This document shows, in pieces, positions 63,853 to 64,000 of a DNA stretch of 64,000 bases. The DNA comes from a virus (lineage: Duplodnaviria; Caudoviricetes). How positions within the stretch are numbered: position 1 is the stretch's first letter; each line of letters opens with the position of its first letter. Position numbers and translations under genes: made by a program. The notes under the pieces are model-generated. The model was not told the origin of the DNA. It did not search any database and worked only from the letters and a program-made list of their open reading frames with translations. Location: positions 1 to 64,000 of the IMG/VR virus record IMGVR_UViG_2558309062_000001; one strand, written 5' to 3'.

Positions 63853-64000
63853 GTTCGCCATCCGCAGCAGCCAGGATCTCAATCGGCTCTACGGCGCCCT
63901 GCACGCCATCGACCTGACCAAGCCCAAGGTGGTGGTCATCAAGGACGAGAAGCGCCCCGACGTCTGCAACCGGAAGATGTGGGCAATGCTCCGCGACGTC
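63845..64000 (+). CDS. ninB: NinB-family protein, 5' part (runs off the window)
   Basis: KPKVVVIKDEKR....NRKMWAMLRDV. Confidence 0.75.
   Translation, partial: MAEFAIRSSQDLNRLYGALHAIDLTKPKVVVIKDEKRPDVCNRKMWAMLRDV

Larger units (their letters stand above)
41573..64000. mobile_element. Prophage 2 (left part: integration, early-left, immunity, replication, nin); continues beyond the window
   Basis: Second int/xis next to the att core, second cI/cro switch and replication module. Confidence 0.93.

Noticed and set aside
1-64000. IS elements, rRNA or host chromosomal genes
   Set aside because: No transposase, rRNA or housekeeping context; ssb and dnaB sit within phage operons

Overview
The window holds two lambdoid prophages integrated in tandem at the 3' part of a tRNA-Pro(GGG) gene. 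The host is probably a Pseudomonas, inferred from the tRNA fragment, GC content and gene families. Prophage 1 (1..~41570) looks complete: int/xis, early-left accessory operon, cI/cro switch, O-type replication protein plus DnaB, nin-like region with a second tyrosine recombinase, Q-like regulator, holin, HNH/terminase, HK97-type head, lambda-type long tail, endolysin and spanins, and an SOS-box-controlled terminal operon. A 48-bp tRNA-Pro att core with arm repeats on both sides (41525..41572) joins it to prophage 2 (~41573..64000, cut by the window edge). Prophage 2 has a closely related integrase but a different immunity region, a Sak/Gp157 recombination module, and a DnaC-type loader. The strongest leads are: (1) a solitary type I-F CRISPR-repeat-like unit behind an unannotated 50-aa ORF, present in both phages (candidate RNA anti-CRISPR module); (2) a covarying structured RNA conserved in both pL leaders although neither phage has a recognisable N gene; (3) a late-operon moron with an Acb2-like C-terminal motif; (4) a second, apparently intact recombinase in the phage that has no recognisable annealing recombinase; (5) a 1.2-kb identical block that could pop out a genome-sized hybrid phage. 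All family calls come from motif recognition by eye; no searches were run.
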